Origin: a virus
IMG/VR virus record: IMGVR_UViG_3300009156_000013
Direction: 5' to 3' (one strand)
DNA length: 42,243 bases
Shown: positions 7,476 to 16,245 of the stretch, piece by piece
Layout of the letters: each line of letters starts with the position of its first letter
Numbering within the stretch: the stretch's first letter is position 1
The notes under the pieces: model-generated
Seen by the model: the letters and a program-made list of their open reading frames with translations, nothing else
Databases searched by the model: none
Told to the model about the DNA's origin: nothing
Program-made: the position numbers and the translations under genes

Positions 7476-7618
7476 GCCCGCACCTTGCTGCGCACCAGCG
7501 GCGGGATCGGCGGCAGCGACTGTCCCGACGAGCGGAGCAGCGCGAGCGCGAAATCGCATAGGTGGATCCGGCAGCGAGCACACCAGGTCAGGTGGACGCG
7601 CAAGACGCGGTCGCTCAT
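7472..7618 (-). CDS. Hypothetical small protein (48 aa)
   Basis: ATG 7618 is in an ATGA overlap with the o-spanin candidate's stop. The stop is in a GTGA overlap with the next gene. Below the ORF-track size cutoff if this start is used. Confidence 0.35.
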   Translation of the reverse strand: MSDRVLRVHLTWCARCRIHLCDFALALLRSSGQSLPPIPPLVRSKVRA

Positions 7619-7878
7619 GGCGTCACCCGACACGCGGCCCATGCGTCCTTGATCCAATTCTCCAGCACCCAGACACGTGCCCACAAAAGCTCATTCTCCT
7701 GGCCTGAGGAGGTCATCGTCGCTGGGTCGGGTGCCGGTGGTGGTGGGTGGCGCAGACAACGCGACCGTTCGACCGCGAGCTGCGTTGTGCTCGGTGCGCC
7801 ACGCTTGCAGCACGAGCTCGCGAGCATTAGTGGGAGCAGGATCGCTATAACTCTCGGCCAGGCGATCGTACAAAGCAT
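7615..7878 (-). CDS. o-spanin candidate (outer-membrane lipoprotein, Rz1-like), overlapped architecture
   Basis: ATG 7878 lies inside the i-spanin candidate in another frame. The N-terminus MLCTIAWPRVIAILLPLMLASSC has a signal peptide plus a relaxed lipobox (L-A-S-S-C). A Pro-rich tract (HPPPPAPDP) follows. Confidence 0.45.
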   Translation of the reverse strand: MLCTIAWPRVIAILLPLMLASSCCKRGAPSTTQLAVERSRCLRHPPPPAPDPATMTSSGQENELLWARVWVLENWIKDAWAACRVTP

Positions 7879-8074
7879 CGGCTCTCTCCTGTTCGCTTTT
7901 GAGATTCACGGTGAGGCGTTCGATCGTTTCGCGTGCCGAGCGCAACTCGCCGCCCGTACTGGACGCGAGCACGCGCGCCGCCTCGCGTTGGTCCTTGGTC
8001 TTGCTGATCACAAGCGCGAGCGCGGTGATCGCACCGAGCGCCGCGACAGCAAAGCCAAGAACGGCGTAGATCAC
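7691..8074 (-). CDS. i-spanin candidate (Rz-like: N-terminal TM plus coiled coil)
   Basis: The N-terminal hydrophobic helix IYAVLGFAVAALGAITALALVI is followed by a charged helical region. GTG start in a GTGA overlap. It contains the embedded lipoprotein ORF. Confidence 0.5.
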   Translation of the reverse strand: MIYAVLGFAVAALGAITALALVISKTKDQREAARVLASSTGGELRSARETIERLTVNLKSEQERADALYDRLAESYSDPAPTNARELVLQAWRTEHNAARGRTVALSAPPTTTGTRPSDDDLLRPGE

Positions 8075-8307
8075 TTACGCCTCTTGCGTCGCTTGGCCGG
8101 TCTGAGTTTCTCGGCTACGCGGGCAGCGATTCGCTCGATGTCGTCGTCGCTTAGGGATGGCGGACCAACAAGAGTCGCCGAACTCCAGCCGTGAACCGGT
8201 GACGGTGGATTCAATGTGCCGCCATGTACTGGGCACGGAGGCGGCGGAATGATGCCCCACCACCCGGCTACGCACGTGCATGTGTCGGTGACCGTGGCGA
8301 CGCTCAT
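8071..8307 (-). CDS. Hypothetical protein (78 aa; Cys/Pro-rich N-terminus, basic tail)
   Basis: ORF in the lysis region. Repeated PVHG(G/W) and a C-terminal KRRKRRK. Confidence 0.45.
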   Translation of the reverse strand: MSVATVTDTCTCVAGWWGIIPPPPCPVHGGTLNPPSPVHGWSSATLVGPPSLSDDDIERIAARVAEKLRPAKRRKRRK

Positions 8308-8350
8308 TGAGCTCCGAATAGCCAGGCGATCGCCCGGAGCAGGCAGGCGA

Positions 8351-8566
8351 TCATTTCTTTGCCATCCCTCGGCTCACCGTGTAGCCGGCAGTGGTGAGCG
8401 CAGCGACGGCAAATGCAGCCACCTTGTCTGCTGTGCCGGTACCCGAACCGAGAAGGCCAAGCGCATAGAGAATGCTCAGCGCGGACGCGATGGCGGTGAA
8501 CCATCCCTCCGTGGTCTTGTATCCAGGCTTTACCTCTTTGACAGTCACTGCTGTTTCGTTGCTCAT
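8351..8566 (-). CDS. Holin candidate (71 aa, two TM segments, charged C-terminus)
   Basis: ATG 8566 is preceded by GAGGAGGAA. WFTAIASALSILYALGLLG and VAAFAVAALTTAGYTV are hydrophobic spans. The protein ends in RGMAKK. Confidence 0.55.
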   Translation of the reverse strand: MSNETAVTVKEVKPGYKTTEGWFTAIASALSILYALGLLGSGTGTADKVAAFAVAALTTAGYTVSRGMAKK

Positions 8567-8568
8567 CG

Positions 8569-8871
8569 CTATTCCTCCTCGTTCTTGGTTCGCTGATTCT
8601 CCGTGTCGGACAGCGCGAGCTCGAACGAGCTGAAGCACCCGTTGCGGCACAGCCTGCCCTCGTACGTCTCGGGCCGATGGTTCTGGCGCAGGCGGTAATC
8701 GATCGCCTCGCCGCACGCGGTGAAGTTGCCGCCGACCGCCTTGCGATGCCATTCGCCGCTATCGAGAAAGACCTGCATCGTCAGGTCCTCGCGTCCGCGC
8801 CCCGTCGACTTTGGCAAGCGCCAGCCGTCGAGGTCGGCAATGATGGTGTCGCTGGTTCGCTCATCGTCCAT
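8569..8871 (-). CDS. Hypothetical protein (100 aa)
   Basis: ATG-initiated ORF between the tail and lysis genes. Several Cys. No motif recognised. Confidence 0.5.
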   Translation of the reverse strand: MDDERTSDTIIADLDGWRLPKSTGRGREDLTMQVFLDSGEWHRKAVGGNFTACGEAIDYRLRQNHRPETYEGRLCRNGCFSSFELALSDTENQRTKNEEE

Positions 8872-8880
8872 TGGGTTCCC

Positions 8881-9381
8881 TCAACACTGTTTGGCAAACA
8901 AAGTTATGAACGCGACCAGCACACTGACGGAGAACACCCCGCCGGCGATCTGCAGAATCAGGTTGCGGCGAAACTTGCGCTCCTCGAGCGGGTCAAGTGC
9001 ACGCTGGCGATCGACGTCAACCTTCGCAGTCAGCGTGACGTGTTCGCGCTGCCGCATCTCCTTGGTGGCGTCGGTCAACGCCTCGACGAGATCGGGAATC
9101 ACCATCATCTGGCCACTGATGCCGGCGACCTGCTTGCCGAGCTCGCCGATCTCGTCCTTGATCTCGTCCTTGAAGGTATCGAAGGTGTCGATCCTCTTTT
9201 CGATGTGAGCGAACCGCTGTTCAGTCGGCCGCTTGCCGCGCCAGAACTCCAACTCCTCGCCTCGGAATTGGCCCGTGACCTCCTCGGGGAATGCGATCGG
9301 AACTTCTTGCGGCGTGCGGTGTTGCTTCGGGGCGGAGTAGTCCCGATGCGATCCAGGCCGGCGCTGCCGTTCGTCAGCCAT
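8881..9381 (-). CDS. Tail-anchored coiled-coil membrane protein (166 aa)
   Basis: ATG 9381 in a TAATG overlap with the tailspike stop. The central part is helical and charged. There is a single C-terminal TM segment, LILQIAGGVFSVSVLVAFITLF. Confidence 0.55.
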   Translation of the reverse strand: MADERQRRPGSHRDYSAPKQHRTPQEVPIAFPEEVTGQFRGEELEFWRGKRPTEQRFAHIEKRIDTFDTFKDEIKDEIGELGKQVAGISGQMMVIPDLVEALTDATKEMRQREHVTLTAKVDVDRQRALDPLEERKFRRNLILQIAGGVFSVSVLVAFITLFAKQC

Positions 9382-10934
9382 TACCGCCCCGCATTGACAC
9401 CCCCGGTCATGCCGGTCACCGTATGCGCCGCATTGGCCACGTTCTCGGTAATCGTCACGTTGCCGAATGTGCCCGCAACCTTGTGCGCGAGGGTCAGCAC
9501 ACCAGAGCCCGCATTGGTGACCGCGATCGATGGCTGGTTCGTCTCGATCGCGGTCTTGAGCACTGCGGCGACGTCCGCGGCCGTGGTCGACGCCGAGATG
9601 TTGACCTGGATGCGCCCTGCTGTAACGCCGTCGCCTGCCGTGTCGAATTCGTAGACCTTGGCAACCTGGATTCCGTCGCCGATCGTCATGAAGTCCGTAT
9701 CGGCGTAGTTCGCCTTCGTCGTGCACGTGATCGATCCGGTTGCGACGACTCCGCCGACTGGGACCCATCCGGTGTTGCCCGATCCGCTGTTCTTGATGTA
9801 CAGGGCCTCGCCCGCGCTACCGTCGGTTCTTGGGTAGATAGAGCCAACAGGCGCAGTCGACGTCCCCTCGGGCGTTCCGTTGGCCGGGACAATTCGCGGT
9901 CCACTCGCCGACCCGACGCGGTAGTGCGGAGCGATCACCACGTCGCCGAACGTCATCGCATCGGCAATCATGGTCGTCGCCTTGTTGCTCTCGACGTTCA
10001 CGTACCAGTCCGCGACGTTGCTGTTCTCGCCGAGCTGGTAGTGCTGGATGTACAGCGTCGTGCCCGTTCGGCCGTTGGCCGCGTCGGTCAGATAGATGCC
10101 ATGCGTGAAGGCACCAGCGGCCTGTAGAAAAAACAACACGTCGTGGAGCTGTTGCTTATTTGCCCCCGTCGCGATTGTGATCATGTTCGTCTTGACGGTG
10201 TGGCAGCCGACCGTCACGCCGTAGAACGACTGCGCGCCTCCCTCGATCAGAATGGCCGGGTCATCGCCGGCCGTTGGCATCTCGCAGTGAACGCCGAAGA
10301 ACGAATGCCCGGTGCCACTGGCCCGGAGCTGGTACCGGCTGTTGTTCTCGCCGTACACGGTGTGGAATTGCGAGTAGCCGCCGGTCGCATGGATCCCGTC
10401 TTGGTTGCCGAGCGCATAGACGTAATGCATCGAGATCGCGTTCGCGTCGATGCGAATGCCCACGCCCGCCGTGAATCCCTGCACGTATACGTTGTCGAGG
10501 CCGGCCCATGTCTCGAAGTTGATGTCGGTCACTTGGTAGCCGAGATCGATCCCGTTGCCGGTCGTGCTGTTGCCGTCGATGCCGATGTCGCGGAGCCAGA
10601 TGCTGATCGCTCCGTTGGCGTTGCCCTCTGCTGCGGTTTTCTCGCGGATCGCGCTTCCGGTGGACCCGGCGATCCGCTTGAGCTGCGACTGCGCGATGCG
10701 AGTGCCTTGCAGCGTCGTGTACGCTGGCAGAGTCAGGTTGGAAAACATGTACGCGGCGGGCGATGCGGGGATGTCAACGACTGCGTTCAGCAGCCCGCCT
10801 TGATCTTCGGCGGCGTCGATGGCCGCCTGGATCGCTGCGGTGTCATTGGTAACGCCGTCGCCGACCGCGCCATAGTCGCGGACATTGAAGCGCCTGAGCA
10901 GCCGAGAAACGGTGGAAGTTGGCATGTGGCTCAT
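9381..10934 (-). CDS. Tailspike/depolymerase with pectate-lyase-superfamily beta-helix
   Basis: N-terminal FNVRDYGAVGDGVTNDTAAIQAAIDAA is the hallmark start of Pectate_lyase_3/GH28-like beta-helix proteins. A Gly/Thr/Asn-rich beta-helix-like body follows. Confidence 0.8.
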   Translation of the reverse strand: MSHMPTSTVSRLLRRFNVRDYGAVGDGVTNDTAAIQAAIDAAEDQGGLLNAVVDIPASPAAYMFSNLTLPAYTTLQGTRIAQSQLKRIAGSTGSAIREKTAAEGNANGAISIWLRDIGIDGNSTTGNGIDLGYQVTDINFETWAGLDNVYVQGFTAGVGIRIDANAISMHYVYALGNQDGIHATGGYSQFHTVYGENNSRYQLRASGTGHSFFGVHCEMPTAGDDPAILIEGGAQSFYGVTVGCHTVKTNMITIATGANKQQLHDVLFFLQAAGAFTHGIYLTDAANGRTGTTLYIQHYQLGENSNVADWYVNVESNKATTMIADAMTFGDVVIAPHYRVGSASGPRIVPANGTPEGTSTAPVGSIYPRTDGSAGEALYIKNSGSGNTGWVPVGGVVATGSITCTTKANYADTDFMTIGDGIQVAKVYEFDTAGDGVTAGRIQVNISASTTAADVAAVLKTAIETNQPSIAVTNAGSGVLTLAHKVAGTFGNVTITENVANAAHTVTGMTGGVNAGR

Positions 10935-10943
10935 GGGCTGCTC

Positions 10944-11915
10944 CTAGATCGTCCCGATTCCGCCGTGAACATTGGCCAGGGCTGCTGCTAGGTTCGTCAC
11001 CAGCCCCAGCGCGGCATCAGCCCCGTGCGCGAAGTAGAAGGCCGAGATGGTTACGTTCTCGCAGCCACCACCACCGACGCCCGCACCGAACTGAAAGTTA
11101 CCAACACCGTCGATGTCACCCACCGCCGCCGTCGACACTTCGGTCCCAAGTGTGTTTACGCCGGTTCGCAGATTACGCCCGCCAGTGCGAAGGATCGCAG
11201 CCCCGCGCTCCATCGCGCCGATGCACACCATCCAGTCATTGATGTTGTGCGTCGCTACGGTGGAAGTGGCAGCGTCCGTGCCATCAAAGGCTCTGAACGA
11301 GAACGAGCTCGCCGCTTGCACGGTCACGTTGTAGTCCGCGGTGCCGCCGACCTTAGAAAATAGACGACGGTTAACGGCCGGGGCCGCCGAATGTTTGGCG
11401 AACCATAGGAACGCGACATCGGCCGTTGACAGCGCATCGTAGACATCGCCGCCAGAGAACGTCTCTGCTCCACCGGAGAAACCGATGCCGGTGTCGGCTC
11501 CACCGAAGAGGCCGGGTAGGCCATACGTCGGCGACCCCGATGCCGTCAGCGTCGGTGAGCCGAAGATAGGCACCAGATTCCCGCTGGCCTCGTTCAGCAT
11601 CCACCCAGCGACCCAATCGCCCCAGCCGACGAACGTGCGTGTTGCGGCTGCGGTGAGCGGGTACGTGATCATGGGCTCAATGCGACCCTTGGCCCTGCGG
11701 GGCTCAAACACCCGGCCGGATGTTTTTGTCGGCGGTGCAGTACGATGCCTGTTGGCGAATGCCGCATCCTTTGAGGGCATGCGTTTGACAAACGCCTCGA
11801 CATCGCCATCCCAGCCACGATGGCGCTCGATCTCCTTGAGCGTGTCACCAAGGGTCCGCGAATCGCGCGTGTGCGCGGCTTGTGCCATGCGCCGCAGTAG
11901 CTTGGGGAGGCTCAT
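10944..11915 (-). CDS. Tail fibre/receptor-binding candidate with LamG/concanavalin-like C-terminal domain
   Basis: ATG 11915 (MSLPKLL...) in an ATGA overlap. The track start 12317 gives Arg-rich noise. The C-terminal two thirds are beta-rich (VAFLWFAKHSAAP...FSFRAFDG...). Confidence 0.55.
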   Translation of the reverse strand: MSLPKLLRRMAQAAHTRDSRTLGDTLKEIERHRGWDGDVEAFVKRMPSKDAAFANRHRTAPPTKTSGRVFEPRRAKGRIEPMITYPLTAAATRTFVGWGDWVAGWMLNEASGNLVPIFGSPTLTASGSPTYGLPGLFGGADTGIGFSGGAETFSGGDVYDALSTADVAFLWFAKHSAAPAVNRRLFSKVGGTADYNVTVQAASSFSFRAFDGTDAATSTVATHNINDWMVCIGAMERGAAILRTGGRNLRTGVNTLGTEVSTAAVGDIDGVGNFQFGAGVGGGGCENVTISAFYFAHGADAALGLVTNLAAALANVHGGIGTI

Positions 11916-14077
11916 GTCGCACGCTCCTGTGCCGGTGTCAGCGGCTCCTTGGAGACGGAGCCAAACGCTGGTTGTGCCCTCGGTGCCTGGACTCCGCCCT
12001 CGGTGCCCTCCTCGGCGGCAAACGACGCCTGGAGGACCGAGAGCACGCGCGGGTCGAGTACCGGGTCGACGGGGACGCCCGAGAAGATCGACATCGCGAG
12101 CCGGCGCTGGTACGGCAGCGTTGTGCGCAACGTCGGTAGCGCCTCGATGATCTGCCGCTGAATGTCCGCGTACATCTCGGGGTAGACCGAGCGCATCGCC
12201 TCGGCGTCCTCTGGTGTCACCGAGCCGGACGCGAGCCGCTCGACGACCCCATGCGGATCCTCGACGGCCGCGGCGTAGCGCGCGAAACCGCGCATCTCCA
12301 TGTCCGACGGCTGCCACTTGTCCGGCCCCGTCTGGATCCCGGCGACGTCTGGACGCTTGGGTAGCTTGGACGCGAGAAACTCGAGCCGACGTGCCGCGAC
12401 CGTTTCCATATGATCCGCGAGCAACGGGTTGACCAGCGCGATCGGCCGCAGCTTCTCAGCGGCCTGCGCACGAGCGGATGGGCGCATCTGCAGCGTGCCG
12501 TCTGGCGCGGGCTCGATCTGCGAGCGAATCTCGTCTGCCCGCGCCTTGTACGCCTTCGCGAGCGTCGCCTTCTCTGGCTTGGCGTCCTTGACCGGCTTTT
12601 GCCGCGACGGTGCGTAGACGACGTTCGAGAGCACCTTGGTCGCGAGCACCGGAGCGGACGCCGGAATCTTGCGCCCGACATCCAGGAACGCGCCGATCGC
12701 CTTGGAGCCACGCTCTGCCGCTTCCTTCGACGCCGCGCCGAGCTTGCCGCCGACGAGGCGGGACGCGAGCCCCGCTGCCTTCGCGCCGATCATGGGACCG
12801 ATCACAGGCAACCCGCTGAATGCGCCAGCAACGTGGCCAAAGATCGATCCCGACAGCATGTCACCGGCCATGCCGGCAACGCTACCGGACGGCTTCGGTG
12901 CGCTCAGATTCTCCAGTGCCCCGCCGATCTCATCGAGCCGAGACGAGGCTGGCTTCGCGGACAGGTCGGCGATCTTGGCCTGGAGCGAGCGATTCTTCTC
13001 GAGGGCCACGGCAGCGTTGTCGAGTGCCTTCGCGCGCGCTCCGCTGGTGTCTGCCGCGAACGACTCGCGCAGCTTCGCCCCGTGCTTGTTGACTAGATCG
13101 TCGAGCGCCGCTTCTTGCTTGCGTAGGCTCGACAGTGCAGCTCGTGGATTCTCGGCGAGCGCCTTCGGATCGTCGAGCAGGTTGTCGAGCGCCTTGTCGG
13201 CCTTGAGCGTACGCTTACCGATTGCGCTTGCCTTGACCTCGGCATCCTCGACGCCCTTTGCAGCGAGCCACACCTTTTGCTCCTTGAGCTCCTTGCGGAA
13301 CGCCTTCAGTTCGTCCGCGACCTGTGCACGCTGCGGAACGCGTGCGGCTTCGATCGCCTCGATCTCGGATTTCTGCGCAGCGCGTAGGCCCTTTGCGTCC
13401 ATCTTTGCAAGATCATCAGAGACACCCGCGGTACCGAGCCCACGCGTTGCTACGTCGTCCAGTGCTGCCTTCGCCCGCACCAGGCCGCGCTCCACGGCCT
13501 TGCCAGCCCCGCCGATCGCACCGCCCGTGGCGCCGCCGAACAACGCATTCGAGCCAATGACGGACGCTGCGCGCTCGAGCGTGAGCGGATCGGACGACAG
13601 CGCGAGCTCGCTGACACCCTGACCGGCGCCGACGATGGCGCCTTCCACAGCGGATGCCGTTGCCGCGCGGCCGATCTGCGCGAGCGCGCCGCCGCCTCGG
13701 CCCGCGATCTTTGTTCCCGCACGAGCGGCGATGCCACCGATCCCGGTGGGGGCGATCGTCCCGCCGATCTCGGTGATCGTGCTCGTGATCGGATTGACTT
13801 CTCGCAGGGCCGCAAGATCGCGCCCGGCACCAAGCGCAGCCAGTCCAGCGTCCGATAGTCCCCCGGTAAATCCGCGTGCGAGTCCCGCAGCGCCCGCGAG
13901 AACAGTCCCTGCTGCGCCGCCGTAAACGTCCTCCTTGACCTCGGAGGACAGGCGCTGTGTTCGCCCCTCTGCGGTTTCGCGGCTCCACCCACGCGCAAGA
14001 CGATAGTCGACCTCATCGACCGGAACGGCTTTGGCGTCGCCCGTGGCTGGATCTATAAGACTGACGGTATCCGGCAT
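11912..14077 (-). CDS. Large internal virion / ejection-type protein (721 aa)
   Basis: Gly/Ala-rich with long helical stretches. Its position after the other large virion genes fits this role. ATG in a TAATG overlap. Confidence 0.6.
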   Translation of the reverse strand: MPDTVSLIDPATGDAKAVPVDEVDYRLARGWSRETAEGRTQRLSSEVKEDVYGGAAGTVLAGAAGLARGFTGGLSDAGLAALGAGRDLAALREVNPITSTITEIGGTIAPTGIGGIAARAGTKIAGRGGGALAQIGRAATASAVEGAIVGAGQGVSELALSSDPLTLERAASVIGSNALFGGATGGAIGGAGKAVERGLVRAKAALDDVATRGLGTAGVSDDLAKMDAKGLRAAQKSEIEAIEAARVPQRAQVADELKAFRKELKEQKVWLAAKGVEDAEVKASAIGKRTLKADKALDNLLDDPKALAENPRAALSSLRKQEAALDDLVNKHGAKLRESFAADTSGARAKALDNAAVALEKNRSLQAKIADLSAKPASSRLDEIGGALENLSAPKPSGSVAGMAGDMLSGSIFGHVAGAFSGLPVIGPMIGAKAAGLASRLVGGKLGAASKEAAERGSKAIGAFLDVGRKIPASAPVLATKVLSNVVYAPSRQKPVKDAKPEKATLAKAYKARADEIRSQIEPAPDGTLQMRPSARAQAAEKLRPIALVNPLLADHMETVAARRLEFLASKLPKRPDVAGIQTGPDKWQPSDMEMRGFARYAAAVEDPHGVVERLASGSVTPEDAEAMRSVYPEMYADIQRQIIEALPTLRTTLPYQRRLAMSIFSGVPVDPVLDPRVLSVLQASFAAEEGTEGGVQAPRAQPAFGSVSKEPLTPAQERAT

Positions 14078-16242
14078 TAGAGATCCTCGCCGGATAGCGG
14101 GATGGTCGCGTGGCCAGCACCAGAGCTCGCGCGCAACGCGTACTCGCGCACCTTCGGTGACTGTGCATTCTTTGCGAGCTCGTCCAGTTGCTCGACGGCA
14201 GCCTTGCGCAAGTCGTCCGTGACCTTGGGGTCCTTGCTGCTGATTGCGCTCGCGAGTCCGTCGATCGTTTCGCGCACCGACGGAACCATCCCCTGATTCG
14301 CCTCCAGCGCCGCTCGTAGTCCAGCGTCATCCAACGTCTTGACGCCCAACTCTGCCGACAGACGAGCCCAGTCAGTCTGCTTAGGGTCAAACGCGAGCGC
14401 GTCCTTGAATGCCGCGTCGGCTGGCGTTTCTGGCGTGGGAGGCGGAGGCGGCGGCGGAGCGTACGGCTTCACCGCTCGCCCCTTGGGGAGGGACACTTCG
14501 TTGGTGATGGTCGTGTTAGCCTTCTGCACCATGTTCTGGCGAAGCCGACGAAGTCCGGGCGTCGGATCCCTTAGCTCTGTTGGATCCGTAGTGCCTGCCG
14601 CCTTCTGCATCAGTTCCATGTCGGGACCGGCAATCACGCCGAGCTCGTCGATCGTCTTTTTCTCTAGAATGAATTGCGCGTAGTCGGCCTGCATCTCTCG
14701 CCACTCCGGCGACTTGAACAGGTTGCTCGACCAACCGTGCTTCCTTCGTGCGGAGATCAACTTGTCGATGAGCTGCACGCTCATGTCCGTTGCGCCCATG
14801 AACTTGCCAACCTTGGCCGCGCTCTCTGGGCTTCGGAATAAGACCGGATCGCCCTGATCGTCGACGATCTGTCCAGTCGCAAATTGCCGGGCCCTCTCTT
14901 CTGGAGATGCCTCGCGCTGCGCCTTGCTGTATTCCTCGACGACTTTGCCGGTCTTCGCCCATTCCTCGTACTGGTTCTGCGACATCGCGAGCTTTGGCTT
15001 CTTGCCGTACATCGCTTCGAAGTATTCAGGCGGATGCACCACGTCACTCGGCTTTACCTTCTTGCCTGCCGCCGCCTTCGCAGCGTCCGCTCGCATCTTC
15101 GCTTCGGCGGTCTGGCGCGCGAGCAGGTTTGTGTCCTGCTTGAGCGCGAACTCGCCAAGCTTCATGCGGTTCTCGAAGTCCTTCTGCTCGAAGGCAGCCT
15201 GCGCCTGCGCCTGCTGTCCGCGCAGCCCGCGCACCGCGTCCTCAATCTTGCGTGCGCGCGTCCCACGCGGATCGAACTGTTGATACTGAGACTGCAGATC
15301 GCGAACAGCGAACTCGTACATTGCCTGTCGCTGCGTCTCGAGCGCTTTGGCATCCTCCATGTCAAGCTCGTACGTCCGACCAATCGAAGCCTCTCGACGT
15401 CCGATGTCGGCCCGTTTGGCAGCTAGGTTCGCCTTCTGGATCTCGATGTGCTGATCCATCTGCTGCCGGATCATGTCGAGACCCACGTTTGGACCACCAC
15501 TGCGAGCGCTCGCGAGCCCGCCGACGATCGCGGACGTGAATGCCAGGAACTTCTGTAGTTCCGATCGGCTGTTCATCCACCCGTCTTGATCGATCGGCGT
15601 GTCAGCGAGCTTCTTGGCGTCTGCGTCGACCTCGGCGAGTGCCTGACGCGTTCGTTCGCGTGCCTGCTGTTCGATCTTGAAATTCGCTTCGGCCTGGCGG
15701 CGTGACTCACGGCTCGCCTCGATCTGGCCGGCCATCAAGAAGTTTTCGCGAGCTTCGTCGGCGTCCGCGCGACGCAGGATCGCCTTCTCGGGGTCCTCAT
15801 TCGCCCACTTCGCGCCAAGTTCGCCCGTGCCGAGATAGTCCTCGGGCAGTTGGGGCGTGCCGGACGTCTGGTGTGCGCCGAGAATCTCCTGCCCGGGCAC
15901 CTTGCCGCCGCTGACCGCGTCGACCTCGAGCGGCAGCGGTTCAGGCATCGTCGGTTTGCCGACGAAGTCGTCGGGCATCTCGATCAGTGAGGGAGTCGGC
16001 AGCGGCTCGGGCGGCGGAGCAAACGAAATCCCGTTCGGGTTCTGCGCGACCTCGTCAGCAACAGGCGGAGCGCCGAAGCCTACTTCCTGCGGCGGAGGCG
16101 TCATGGGTGACGGCGACAACACCGGAGCCTCCGCGGGCGGGGCCAGCGCTGTGTCGAGCATCTGCGGCACGTACGGATCCACCGGCTGCGACCATTCCGG
16201 GGGCGGCCATGCGTACGGGTATGTGTTCGGATCGAGCGCCAC
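14077..16242 (-). CDS. Large internal virion / ejection-type protein (721 aa)
   Basis: A Pro-rich N-terminus is followed by an extended Glu/Lys/Ala/Gln coiled coil. GTG start 3 nt after the upstream stop. Confidence 0.6.
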   Translation of the reverse strand: MALDPNTYPYAWPPPEWSQPVDPYVPQMLDTALAPPAEAPVLSPSPMTPPPQEVGFGAPPVADEVAQNPNGISFAPPPEPLPTPSLIEMPDDFVGKPTMPEPLPLEVDAVSGGKVPGQEILGAHQTSGTPQLPEDYLGTGELGAKWANEDPEKAILRRADADEARENFLMAGQIEASRESRRQAEANFKIEQQARERTRQALAEVDADAKKLADTPIDQDGWMNSRSELQKFLAFTSAIVGGLASARSGGPNVGLDMIRQQMDQHIEIQKANLAAKRADIGRREASIGRTYELDMEDAKALETQRQAMYEFAVRDLQSQYQQFDPRGTRARKIEDAVRGLRGQQAQAQAAFEQKDFENRMKLGEFALKQDTNLLARQTAEAKMRADAAKAAAGKKVKPSDVVHPPEYFEAMYGKKPKLAMSQNQYEEWAKTGKVVEEYSKAQREASPEERARQFATGQIVDDQGDPVLFRSPESAAKVGKFMGATDMSVQLIDKLISARRKHGWSSNLFKSPEWREMQADYAQFILEKKTIDELGVIAGPDMELMQKAAGTTDPTELRDPTPGLRRLRQNMVQKANTTITNEVSLPKGRAVKPYAPPPPPPPTPETPADAAFKDALAFDPKQTDWARLSAELGVKTLDDAGLRAALEANQGMVPSVRETIDGLASAISSKDPKVTDDLRKAAVEQLDELAKNAQSPKVREYALRASSGAGHATIPLSGEDL

Positions 16243-16245
16243 GGG

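Noticed and set aside
11912-16242. Two adjacent ORFs of identical length (721 aa each), suggesting a tandem duplication.
   Set aside because: Reading the two proteins side by side shows no shared motifs or order. The equal length appears coincidental.
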